Shown here piece after piece: positions 21,376 through 30,768 of a DNA stretch of 64,000 nt (the first letter of the stretch is position 1; each line of letters opens with the position of its first letter). The position numbers and the translations under genes are program-made. The notes beneath the pieces were generated by a model. The model saw only the letters and a program-made list of their open reading frames with translations, had not been told where the DNA came from and searched no databases. Source of the stretch: Candidatus Goldiibacteriota bacterium (GTDB lineage Bacteria > Oederibacteriota > PGYV01 > DYJU01). The stretch spans positions 17,641 to 81,640 of the forward strand of contig CALHNI010000001.1 in the NCBI GenBank assembly GCA_938034975.1, given 5' to 3'.

Positions 21376-22659
21376 TTATTTACTAAAAAAATTTTCATTT
21401 ATTTCCGGAACAATTTCCTTTAATACTTTTTCTGCTTTCTCTTTTCCGCTCCAGATTTTATCAAATGCAGGTGCTATTGCACTTACATTTATTTCTTCCC
21501 ATTCTGACATCAAAGGAGCAAAAACAACATATTTTACTCCTTTTAACACAATATCTTTATGTTTTGGTGGTCTATCATCAATAAAATATTTTGATTCTGC
21601 TATTGATATCATTGCCGGCTGTGCAAGCCCTGTTTTTGCAAGTTCAATCTGTCCTGCCTTTCCTGCAAGATAAGTTACAAGTTTCCAAGCTGCTTCTTTT
21701 TTATTTGAGGCTTTGGTTATTGCATAACCAGACCCGCCTGTTGAAAATGCCCTTATACCTTTTGGTCCTTTTGGAAACATCACAACATCCCACTGAAAAT
21801 CTTTTATTTGTCTGAAAAGTGGTGTTTTCCATATTCCGCTGTAAAACATAGCAACTTTACCGGATACAAACATATCAGATGTCCCCATTCCACCCATTGC
21901 TGTCATTTGGGAAGGTGATGGTGCAATTTTATATTTATGAATCAAATCTGCTCTGAACTGAATTGCTTCAATTGCTTCTTTTTTATTTAATGTGCATTTT
22001 TTTGGGTTTTTTACGTTATCAACCAAAGAACCACCATTACTATATACAAATGATTCCCATATAGGCCAGTCATCTACAAAACCAAACTGCGTATAAATTC
22101 CTTTTGAATCTTTTTTTACTAATTTTTGTCCTTTTTTAACTAAATCATACCATGTCCAGTCATCAGTCGGATATTTTACGCCTGCTTCATCAAATAATTT
22201 TTTATTATAATAAACAACACATATTGGTGCTATATCACGTGGAAGCACATATAAACTATTTCCAATTGTAAATCTGTCTATTATCTGGGGATAAAAATCT
22301 TTTTTCTTAAATGCTGTTTCTTTTTCAAGGTAAGGAGTTAAATCTTCTAAAACATTTCTTTCTGCAAATGCCTTAAAATTATTAACCTCAACAAATAAAA
22401 CATCAGGTGGATTTCCACCGGCAAATTGGGTCAATACTTTTTCCATATAGGGAGGACCTGATGGTGCTCTTTCAGCACTCACTTTTATCTTTGTATCTTT
22501 TTCAAATTGTTTAACTAAATTTGTTATTATTTCTATTTCCTGCACATCGCCCCAGTACATAAATCTTAACATATCCTTTGAAACCGCTTTACTTTTACCG
22601 CAGGAATTAAAAAAAACCAGTAAAAAGATCATCAAGACCAGAGAAATAATCTTTTTCAT
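21376..22659 (-). CDS. Sugar ABC substrate-binding lipoprotein
   Basis: Lipobox FNSC; PPDV, YYNKKLFDEAG, FVSGKVAM. Confidence 0.92.
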   Translation of the reverse strand: MKKIISLVLMIFLLVFFNSCGKSKAVSKDMLRFMYWGDVQEIEIITNLVKQFEKDTKIKVSAERAPSGPPYMEKVLTQFAGGNPPDVLFVEVNNFKAFAERNVLEDLTPYLEKETAFKKKDFYPQIIDRFTIGNSLYVLPRDIAPICVVYYNKKLFDEAGVKYPTDDWTWYDLVKKGQKLVKKDSKGIYTQFGFVDDWPIWESFVYSNGGSLVDNVKNPKKCTLNKKEAIEAIQFRADLIHKYKIAPSPSQMTAMGGMGTSDMFVSGKVAMFYSGIWKTPLFRQIKDFQWDVVMFPKGPKGIRAFSTGGSGYAITKASNKKEAAWKLVTYLAGKAGQIELAKTGLAQPAMISIAESKYFIDDRPPKHKDIVLKGVKYVVFAPLMSEWEEINVSAIAPAFDKIWSGKEKAEKVLKEIVPEINENFFSK

Positions 22660-22690
22660 ACAACAAATCCTCCTTAATAAATTTTTATTT

Positions 22691-22718
22691 ATTTTACTAT
22701 TTTAAATGTTAAAGTCAA
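22691..22718 (-). promoter_or_regulatory. Putative sigma70 promoter (TTGACT-16-TAAAAT) of the sugar ABC operon
   Basis: Hexamers read directly; GGAGGA RBS downstream. Confidence 0.6.
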
Positions 22719-22733
22719 GGAATTTTTAATGAA

Positions 22734-24223
22734 GGCAAGTCTGCATAATAAATTTTCTTTCACACTTAAAAAATATGTTTAAAAATGAATGTTATAATGA
22801 AAAAAAGGGATTTTAATAAAAAAGATAGTATTCCCTGTATATTACTTCCCATTTTTTACTTCATCTCAATTTTTAATAGGGGATAAACATAGGTATATTT
22901 TTTTTATAACTTTAAGATGAATTAAATCCTATCTGTATCGCTTTACTAATTAATCTTTGATATACTTCTTGAGTTATATACTTCGCCCTTAAATCTTCCA
23001 AAAGTATTCGGGCAATGTTTCTAATACTACCAAATACTTTTACTATCTGCTTTTTGAGTAAAATCCATTTTTTCATCAATTGATTAATATTGTGCGCTAT
23101 CTGCATCAGCAGATAGAAATTCTTCATACCTACATTGTCATAACTGTAACCATGTTCCAGATTATATCCCCATTCTTTTGTATATTAAAATATCTTTCAT
23201 CTTCTACGCCCTCCTTCCACTATTTTACTAAAATTGTTTTTATTAATTTCTATGTCTGTTATCCATACAAATCGTTTTTTTCTTCCCCTCCCTTTTCTAT
23301 ACATTCTAACACATTTACTTTATAACTACTTTTATATTGCATCACATCTTCTACCCATCTACATTCCTGTTTTATTTACCTAATGCTATTTTCTCCGTAA
23401 TTCTCATCTCTTGCTCTTTTTAGCATTTCAAATTCTTCCCATGCCACTCTCATTCTCCCTTCTTTAAATGTAATTATATATATCCAATTATTTTCTTTAC
23501 ATACTTTTATTAATGGCTCGGTTTCATATAACCCATCTAATGATAAACATATTTTTAATTGCGGAAATTTCTTCTTTAGCCTTTTACTCATCTTATAAAA
23601 TGCTCTTAATTCACAATCCTGTTTGTCATATCCCTCTTTATCGTTCTCTTTAAATTCTGTCTCTATTGACAATTCTAATCCATTCTCAAATATCAATTCC
23701 GCTTCCAATATATTATGATTATAATATTCTACTTTTTCCTCTTTCTTTGATACTAAACATTTTTTACAATGCCTCTTCTTAAACCCTAAATATCCTGTCC
23801 CATCTATCGCAATTAAATAATATTTATCTAATAACCTGCTCCTTTCTAATACCCTCTTCCTTATTAACCTTTTCACCATCTTTCTCCTTATTTCATTCAC
23901 TCTTCCGGAGCAATACTTTTTAATACATATCCTATTTTATCTGGGTATGCTACCTGTTTTACTTCTTTCTTGGTTAAATATTTGAAATTTTTTATAAATT
24001 CTTTCGTATTAAAAAATGTCTACGCGACTCTAATTTACATATAAATAGTAAAATCACAACCCACAGTATATGCTACAAGTATATGTATCATAGAATAATC
24101 TATCTTATCCTTTGCGAAAAATTTTTTTTTAATAATTTAATGGGATTTAATTTCTATTGTAAAATTAATATTATTTTGCTGCAGGTACGAAAAAAAAACT
24201 TATTCTGCAGGACTGGACTTGCC
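22734..24223 (-). mobile_element. Decayed ~1.49 kb DDE insertion sequence
   Basis: Imperfect terminal IRs GGCAAGT(..)CTGCA(T/G)AATAA(A/G)TTTT at both ends; flanking TGAA direct repeat (22730-22733, 24224-24227); internal transposase fragments. Confidence 0.8.
22912..24070 (-). pseudogene. Fragmented DDE transposase
   Basis: Fragments LIAIDGTG...HCKKCL, KQDCELRAF...LDGLY (23376-23900) and KNFYLLMQIAHNINQL (22912-23127), broken by stops/frameshifts. Confidence 0.85.
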
Positions 24224-24325
24224 TGAACTTGTAGAATCAGCTATTAAAAGATGTGGTAAATCATTAAAAGAATGGTATATTACACCAGTTATATTTTTGC
24301 CTATGGGGATTCTAAGTGTATTTCT

Positions 24326-24612
24326 TTATGCCACAACATCTTCATCTGAAACGTAAGTGGTATCGGTGTTAGTATTGCCTAGGATTATTTTTATTACTTT
24401 AGATTCATAATCAGGCGTAATCATAAGTTCTTTAACACCCAGAACTATTTTAGCGTCTTCTTCGGAAGATTTTAAATCTTTTACTGAAATTTTAGATGAA
24501 GGTTTAACATAGAAGGCATCACTAAGTTCTGTATGTTCTTTTTAATAACTGTCAAATCCAAACCAAGTTGCTTATAACCATTAAGCAATTCTAATATAGT
24601 CAGACTTACCAT
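24326..24612 (-). pseudogene. Frameshifted ~95-aa hypothetical gene
   Basis: MVSLTILELLNGYKQLGLDLTVIK continues in the -1 frame as KEHTELSDAFYV...DEDVVA*, shift at the A5 run 24539-24543; starts 2 nt after the upstream stop. Confidence 0.55.
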
Positions 24613-24614
24613 GC

Positions 24615-25220
24615 TTAAAAGAATATTTTTATATGTGTTCCTATAAGCCAAGCTAAAACAACTACTGCTCCAAGTGCTAATACATACAAAAATTTTTTAA
24701 TTAAATTATCTTTTAGTTCTAAAAATTTATAATAGTTCCAAGAACTTTTTAACGCATCCAGATTTTTTTGATACAGTGTAGTTAATTCATTATATATATC
24801 TATTAATAATTCTTTAGTTGCTGGATCTTCGCATTTTTCTATTTGTTTTTTAAGTTCATCTATAGTAATTTCAGCAGCGTAAGAATATGCTCCCTTTTCT
24901 GCTCTAGCAGAAATAAGAATAAATGGTCGCAGTATATTAATATATTTTACTTTAACTACTTCCTGAATAAAATTTCTATGCATTTCTGCGGCAAATTTAA
25001 ATTTTTTATAATACACCGCTTTATTTATCAAATAGAAAAAGAAAAATGCTCTTTCTTCGGGTATCATCTCCTTTAAATATATTTTATCTTTATAAGGTTC
25101 AATTCCATTTTTTACCACATTATCCGCAAGTTTATACAGGCCGTCTCGCAACATAATCTCATGGATCTTCTTATGTTGTTCTTGTATTATACGTTCAAGT
25201 TCTGTTTTATATTTTTTCAT
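24615..25220 (-). CDS. Hypothetical helical protein with C-terminal TM anchor
   Basis: 201-aa ORF, GGAGG RBS, hydrophobic C-terminus FLYVLALGAVVVLAWLIG. Confidence 0.7.
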   Translation of the reverse strand: MKKYKTELERIIQEQHKKIHEIMLRDGLYKLADNVVKNGIEPYKDKIYLKEMIPEERAFFFFYLINKAVYYKKFKFAAEMHRNFIQEVVKVKYINILRPFILISARAEKGAYSYAAEITIDELKKQIEKCEDPATKELLIDIYNELTTLYQKNLDALKSSWNYYKFLELKDNLIKKFLYVLALGAVVVLAWLIGTHIKIFF

Positions 25221-25244
25221 TGTATACCCTCCAGTTTCCCTTAT

Positions 25245-25616
25245 TTAAAATTGTTGAAACATATTTGATGGTATTTTTACTTCTGTAAGATATGCTGCTT
25301 TAAATATATAATGAAGTTTAGTTGCGTGGTCTAAGCATTCAGTTACATAATATAGCATAGCATTTATTTTTGATCTTTCTGTAACTTTTTCTATATTTGT
25401 AGAATCTTGTTTAGCGATTGCTTCTCGTTTTACATCTGATGTAACCGATGGATCTATTTTTGATGAGTTCATAAGTGCTTTTGAGTATAACAATTTTGTT
25501 TCACGTTCTAATTCTGCCGAGGTAAAACTTAATAAGGTTTTAAACTCAGCAGGTTTTGCTCCTACATTTATTTGCGGCTTCAATAGCCAAGTTTTAAAAT
25601 GGAATTTGAAACTCAT
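25245..25616 (-). CDS. Hypothetical protein (possibly phage-derived)
   Basis: 123-aa ORF directly downstream of TTGACA-17-TATAAT (25627-25655). Confidence 0.65.
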   Translation of the reverse strand: MSFKFHFKTWLLKPQINVGAKPAEFKTLLSFTSAELERETKLLYSKALMNSSKIDPSVTSDVKREAIAKQDSTNIEKVTERSKINAMLYYVTECLDHATKLHYIFKAAYLTEVKIPSNMFQQF

Positions 25617-25713
25617 GGTATGATAAATTATATTCTATGTAAATAATTTTGTCAAGAATACCCGCAGGCAGGCATACAAAAGGTATCTCTGGATTTTTTT
25701 CTATAACTATATG

Positions 25714-25933
25714 TATAGCCGCAAGCTTTATGTTTGCTCTTTTCTAAAACTACACATCTATAAACCCTGTGCCTACATTCTTTTTTATTTTTATTTCCCA
25801 CTTTGGCAAAGTATGCCCTCGCCTTTTTAATTTTTCATTTAAATACACAATTTTAATGTATGGACAATTCATAAATTAATTGCTCATATGTTTTTTGTAA
25901 AAAAATCCGCTTACCTTAAAAGGTGCGGCTATA
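25714..25933. repeat. Degenerate REP/REPIN-like inverted-repeat cluster
   Basis: TATAGCCGCAAGCTTTA (25714) and TAAAAGGTGCGGCTATA (ending 25933) form a 14/17 inverted repeat. Confidence 0.5.
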
Positions 25934-26032
25934 AATGATTAATGTATTATAAAAATATTATTAGAATCCATATTTTAAAAAAATTTCTATTAATTTTTGA
26001 GTTTTAGTAAACGATCAAAATTAAGTAAAAAT

Positions 26033-29014
26033 TTATTTTAATAACAGCAATATCTGCGGTTTTGAACTTATGTTATTGTTATTTATATCAGTAAAATTTA
26101 CCACAAAATAATATATACCATTAGATAATCTCATAAAGTTCTTACTCTCAATTAAAATATCTATATCCCCAAATCCAAAATCACCTGTAATTTGTTTATT
26201 TATCACTAACCTTAAAGATGTTGTATAAATTTTAACATCTATTTTTTTGCATTTTTTTGTAATATTTATTTTTATATTAAGATAATCTCTAGCATTATAT
26301 GGATTTGGATAAATTTTTATATTTTTTATTAAAAATTTTTCTTCTTTATCATCTTCAGGAACAGGTGTATTTACTGGTGTGTTTGTAAAAGTATTCGTTG
26401 CCGTAAAAACAGGTGTTTGTGAATTGGTATAAGTTGCTGTGTATGTAAAAGTCATATTTGATGTTTGAGTAAAAGTAAGAGTTGGACTATTTGTGTTTGA
26501 AAAAGTCAAAGTTATTTGAAATGTAAAACTCTGCGTTGGCGTCAAAGTATTTGTAAAAGTTATTGTAAATGTATTTGTTATTGTTGGTGTATAAGTAAAT
26601 GTCCAGGTTGGTGGCTGTGTCCCGGTTACTGTTTTACTTGCAGTTTCTGTATTACTCGGTGTTGCTGTATAATTATATGTAGCTGTTGATGTCCATGTAT
26701 TAGTGCTTGTTTGTGTATGAGTCATTGTTGGTGTTGTTGTAAAAGTTATTGTAAATGTATTTGTTATTGTTGGTGTATAAGTAAATGTCCAGGTTGGTGG
26801 CTGTGTCCCGGTTACTGTTTTACTTGCAGTTTCTGTATTACTCGGTGTTGCTGTATAACTATATGTAGCTGTTGATGTGTATGTATTTGTCAGTGTATAT
26901 GTATAAGTTTTTGTTGATGTTATAGTAAATGAATTTGTTGATGTATAAGTTATTGTGCCTGTAAATGTATATGTTAATGTATTTGTTGTTGTAAAAGTTT
27001 TAGTATATGTATGTGTTGTTGTTGAAGTATTTGTTCTTGTATAACTTGGGGTTGATGTAAAAGTAAAAGTTGTTGTAAATGTTTTTGTTGGAGTATAAGT
27101 TGGCATACCCCAAAAAATTATATCATCAATATATACAGGTCCAGTTGTTCCACCACTAAATTGAAACCCGACCCTTTCTATTTTTTCAACATTTATAATT
27201 TTATTGCCGTTTTGCCTGCCTGAATACGGATCAACAGAAAGAGTTGAAAGTGTAACAGTAAATTTTTCCCATAAATTCCCGGTTTTTGTAAATGGCATGC
27301 TTCTGTTTGACCAGTCCTCTCCATCAGGATTTGAACCACCTAATCCTGATTCAAACTCTTCAACTTTTATGAAAAAAACTGTTCCAGCAGATGCTTTTAT
27401 CCAGAATGAAAAAGAAGTAGCACCTGTAAAATCACGCCAGTATTCAGGCGCTGTTGCCGTGGTATAAGGAGAACCTATTGACAGATAAGAACCCCAGCCA
27501 CCAGGAGCACAAGGTGAAAAAGGCAATTTCATTGAACGCAATCCTGAATATTTATCATCTGGTGAATTTTCAAGGACTGGGTTACAACCATCACCTATTG
27601 ATGATGGTTCTTTTAATATACCTGTTTCAAAATCATCAAACAAGCCAGGAAGCGGCGTTGGTGTAAAAGTCGGAGTTGGGGTTAATGGATTCCAGGTATT
27701 TGTAGGAGTCGGAGTAGGATAATCACCAAGCGGATTTTTCATATTTCCAGTAAGAACAAGAAGATATAGCATTTTTAAAATATCAGAAAAATAATCTGTT
27801 CCCCAGTTAACACCTGTATCAGTTGGGAAAGGGAAATTTATTAAATTTTCATAACATGTATTTAACCATTGCTGATCACCTGTTGTCATTGCAGCAACTG
27901 CAATAGCACCCTGTAAAGGCGGAAGATTCATAACATCTTCGTCACATAAATCAGGAGACCTGTCTTTACGACAATATGTTTTTTCATTTCCATTTAGTGC
28001 ATAATGGGATTTAATCTGTGTTGAAACGCCATTGTATTTTATCTTAAAAAAATTAGAAATTGTTGATGGACATTCATATGCATACTGATGGTTCAAAGTT
28101 CCGTAAAGCAAATAATCATAAGTAAGACGCCATGGAGTCCTGCACGCATCCCACCAATATGAATACGAATCCATTGCCCATGAGTCATTTGAATCATTTC
28201 TTGTGCCATCATAATTACACCAGTTAGGCATAAGCCAGGTATAAAGTCCTGTTTCTGGATTATAAGTATCAGGATGATTCTTATAATAATTTATAATTGT
28301 GTTGTATGTTCTTTGTGCTACCTGATACCATCTTGTTTCTCCTGTAAAATCGCCAAACATTCTATAATATGCAGGTGCAAAATAACTTATATTACCAAAA
28401 TCCCATCCATCTCCAGGGCGTATATCATTGTTATTTGTAACTTCATGACGCAATATTGCATCAATCAAAGTTAGTGCTTCCTGTCTGTAATTAATTGCTC
28501 CGCCTGAACCCCACTGATAATGCGCCATAATTAGTGCAAATGCAACATCTTCATCTGCATCAGTTGCAGCCCCTGTTCCTATTACTCCACCACCATCTGC
28601 TATTCTCCAGTTCATAAGACCATTCCCGTTCATATATCTTTTATAAAATTTCCACATCCCATCAAAATATTGTTTTGTATTATTAGTTGCTGATGACATA
28701 TAAACCATTATAATCATTCCATAACCAATACCTTCTGATACAGTATCTTCTGTGTTATTATCACCTGTTTCGTAACGAACCACTCTGTATTCATCTGCTG
28801 CCATCCACGGGTCTTGTGCTTTGCCATGAACATAATGATTTTTCCATTGGTCAAACCAATTTTGACAATGCTGATTCATCTGCTCCTGGGTATAATTGTT
28901 TGGTTTTATTCCATAAGGATAATTTACTGCTTGGGGGAAAGGGAAATTACAGGTGTCTGAATATAAATATAATGATATTAAATTAAATAGTAATAATGCA
29001 TAAAATTTTTTCAT
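26033..29014 (-). CDS. Secreted GH8 glycoside hydrolase + CBM11/CIA30-like domain + Thr-rich tract + T9SS-like CTD
   Basis: Signal peptide; TVSEGIGYGM, ATDADEDVAFAL, SYFAPAYY, WDACRTPWR; CTD IYPNPY...IYT...NGIYY. Confidence 0.9.
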   Translation of the reverse strand: MKKFYALLLFNLISLYLYSDTCNFPFPQAVNYPYGIKPNNYTQEQMNQHCQNWFDQWKNHYVHGKAQDPWMAADEYRVVRYETGDNNTEDTVSEGIGYGMIIMVYMSSATNNTKQYFDGMWKFYKRYMNGNGLMNWRIADGGGVIGTGAATDADEDVAFALIMAHYQWGSGGAINYRQEALTLIDAILRHEVTNNNDIRPGDGWDFGNISYFAPAYYRMFGDFTGETRWYQVAQRTYNTIINYYKNHPDTYNPETGLYTWLMPNWCNYDGTRNDSNDSWAMDSYSYWWDACRTPWRLTYDYLLYGTLNHQYAYECPSTISNFFKIKYNGVSTQIKSHYALNGNEKTYCRKDRSPDLCDEDVMNLPPLQGAIAVAAMTTGDQQWLNTCYENLINFPFPTDTGVNWGTDYFSDILKMLYLLVLTGNMKNPLGDYPTPTPTNTWNPLTPTPTFTPTPLPGLFDDFETGILKEPSSIGDGCNPVLENSPDDKYSGLRSMKLPFSPCAPGGWGSYLSIGSPYTTATAPEYWRDFTGATSFSFWIKASAGTVFFIKVEEFESGLGGSNPDGEDWSNRSMPFTKTGNLWEKFTVTLSTLSVDPYSGRQNGNKIINVEKIERVGFQFSGGTTGPVYIDDIIFWGMPTYTPTKTFTTTFTFTSTPSYTRTNTSTTTHTYTKTFTTTNTLTYTFTGTITYTSTNSFTITSTKTYTYTLTNTYTSTATYSYTATPSNTETASKTVTGTQPPTWTFTYTPTITNTFTITFTTTPTMTHTQTSTNTWTSTATYNYTATPSNTETASKTVTGTQPPTWTFTYTPTITNTFTITFTNTLTPTQSFTFQITLTFSNTNSPTLTFTQTSNMTFTYTATYTNSQTPVFTATNTFTNTPVNTPVPEDDKEEKFLIKNIKIYPNPYNARDYLNIKINITKKCKKIDVKIYTTSLRLVINKQITGDFGFGDIDILIESKNFMRLSNGIYYFVVNFTDINNNNISSKPQILLLLK
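26551..26878. repeat. 142-bp direct repeat (26551-26692 / 26737-26878) inside the Thr-rich tract
   Basis: One mismatch; 186-nt (62-codon) offset. Confidence 0.95.
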
Positions 29015-29119
29015 TTTTTTACACCATTAAGCAACATAAATAACTTAATATAATACCTATTTAAACGTTTAGACAAATAAAAATAAATTTTGTTTCGTTC
29101 TTGCTTTTTAATATGCAAT

Positions 29120-30745
29120 CTACTTATTCACTTCGTTATAAATAACATCTAACAGAATATTTTCATTATTTATATAATCCCCTGTTATATCCCAAACAAA
29201 AACGCCTGATAAATTTTTCAAAATAGCATATTTTACTTTTTCTTTGATTGATCTTGCATTATCATAACTGATTATATTTTTTCCCCCAGTCTGATAAAGA
29301 TATGGAACTTTTGCAGCATCATCCCATTTTTCCTGCCAGTTAGAACCAATTAAAGGATGAATTGTATAATACTGCATATATTCATCACTGCAATTGCCTG
29401 AACATTTTTCATTTATATTGCCACAGGTTAAAAATTTTCTTCCAAAAAATGGTATTCCTAAATTTACCTTATCTGCTTTAACCAAGCGAGTATTTAAAAT
29501 ATAATCAATTGCTGCATCACAACTTAAATTATCAAAAATATCATTTCCGGTAAAAAGCGGCGAATTATGACCGCAATGGTCTGACCATGAGCCATGAAAA
29601 TCATAAGTCATCACATTATAAAAATCAACAAACTTATCAAAATTTTCATAATCAAGCCACTGGGCATAAAAATGTCCAGGATTTACAGCCAGTGTTATCA
29701 AAAAATATGATGCTACCCCACCTTTCCTTTTAAAACATTCTTTTACTTCTTTTAAAAGCAAAACAAAATTTTTTTTATCAGTTATCCCTTCTGGAAACTC
29801 CCAATCAAAATCAATTCCATCATATCTGTTTTCGCGCAGGAACTTTTCCAGATTTTCCGCAAAGATTTTTCGTAATTCTTCAGATGCAGCAATTCTTCTG
29901 AATGCAGCAGATGCTTCAAGATTATAACCACCTATTGATGCCAAAACTTTTACTCCTGCCCTGTGTGCATCATCCAAAAGTTCCGGTTCTGAATATCCCC
30001 CAGGTATCTGTATTTCACCTGATGCTGTTGGCAGGATAAATGCGTGGCAAATATGTGTAATTTTTTTTAATGGTATTTTGCTTGACCTGTATTGTGGATT
30101 CCAATATGGATAATAAACAAATATTTTTTTCCCTTTTATTGTTTTGTCTGGCATTGCTGTTGGTGTTGGAGTAACTGTTGGTGTTTTAGAAATAAGTTTT
30201 ATATTATCAAAATAAATTTCTTTTACATTATTTTCTTTTTTATCTATGAAAACAAAATTTATTCTGTCAATTTTATCTTTTTCAGTTATTTCATTCTCTG
30301 TTTTTCTTTTAAAATCAAATTCAAAATAAACATTATTTTTGCCACAGGTTAAAAGTGCATCATTTGCAATTTTTTGCATAACTTTACTTTTAGTAATACT
30401 ATCAGCATAAATTGAAATATCAAAAAATTCATTTTTATATGATGAAGAACAGGGTATATAAACATCTAGGTATAATCCTTTATATATTGATAATTTATCA
30501 GGTTTAAAATCCGAAAGTATAGCAATATCATCTTTTATAATACCATGATTTAAAATAGTAATCTTTAATGCATAATTCCCCTGGGTTATAGCCTGTTTTT
30601 CTTCATTTGAAACTTTTCTTTCTGCACCTTGTCCAATCCATATCCCATTGCTTTTTATGGATTCACAGTCATTCAATAAAAAATCCGATGAAAAAGTTAA
30701 AAATTTAAAAAAAACCAATAATAAAGAAAATATAATTTTTTTCAC
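29120..30745 (-). CDS. Secreted GH18 chitinase-like hydrolase with N-terminal CBM-like domain
   Basis: THICHAF, SIGG, DGIDFDWEFP (DxxDxDxE), MTYDFHG, GVFVWDI; PT linker. Confidence 0.92.
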   Translation of the reverse strand: MKKIIFSLLLVFFKFLTFSSDFLLNDCESIKSNGIWIGQGAERKVSNEEKQAITQGNYALKITILNHGIIKDDIAILSDFKPDKLSIYKGLYLDVYIPCSSSYKNEFFDISIYADSITKSKVMQKIANDALLTCGKNNVYFEFDFKRKTENEITEKDKIDRINFVFIDKKENNVKEIYFDNIKLISKTPTVTPTPTAMPDKTIKGKKIFVYYPYWNPQYRSSKIPLKKITHICHAFILPTASGEIQIPGGYSEPELLDDAHRAGVKVLASIGGYNLEASAAFRRIAASEELRKIFAENLEKFLRENRYDGIDFDWEFPEGITDKKNFVLLLKEVKECFKRKGGVASYFLITLAVNPGHFYAQWLDYENFDKFVDFYNVMTYDFHGSWSDHCGHNSPLFTGNDIFDNLSCDAAIDYILNTRLVKADKVNLGIPFFGRKFLTCGNINEKCSGNCSDEYMQYYTIHPLIGSNWQEKWDDAAKVPYLYQTGGKNIISYDNARSIKEKVKYAILKNLSGVFVWDITGDYINNENILLDVIYNEVNK

Positions 30746-30768
30746 AATTTTACCTGCCCATTTTTTTT

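Noticed and set aside
24200-24356. Plus-strand open stretch YSAGLDLPELVESAIKRCG...
   Set aside because: No start or RBS, and its 5' part is the IS terminal inverted repeat
26551-26878. Template/variable repeat pair of a diversity-generating retroelement
   Set aside because: Both copies are in-frame in one gene, differ at a single base, and no reverse transcriptase is present
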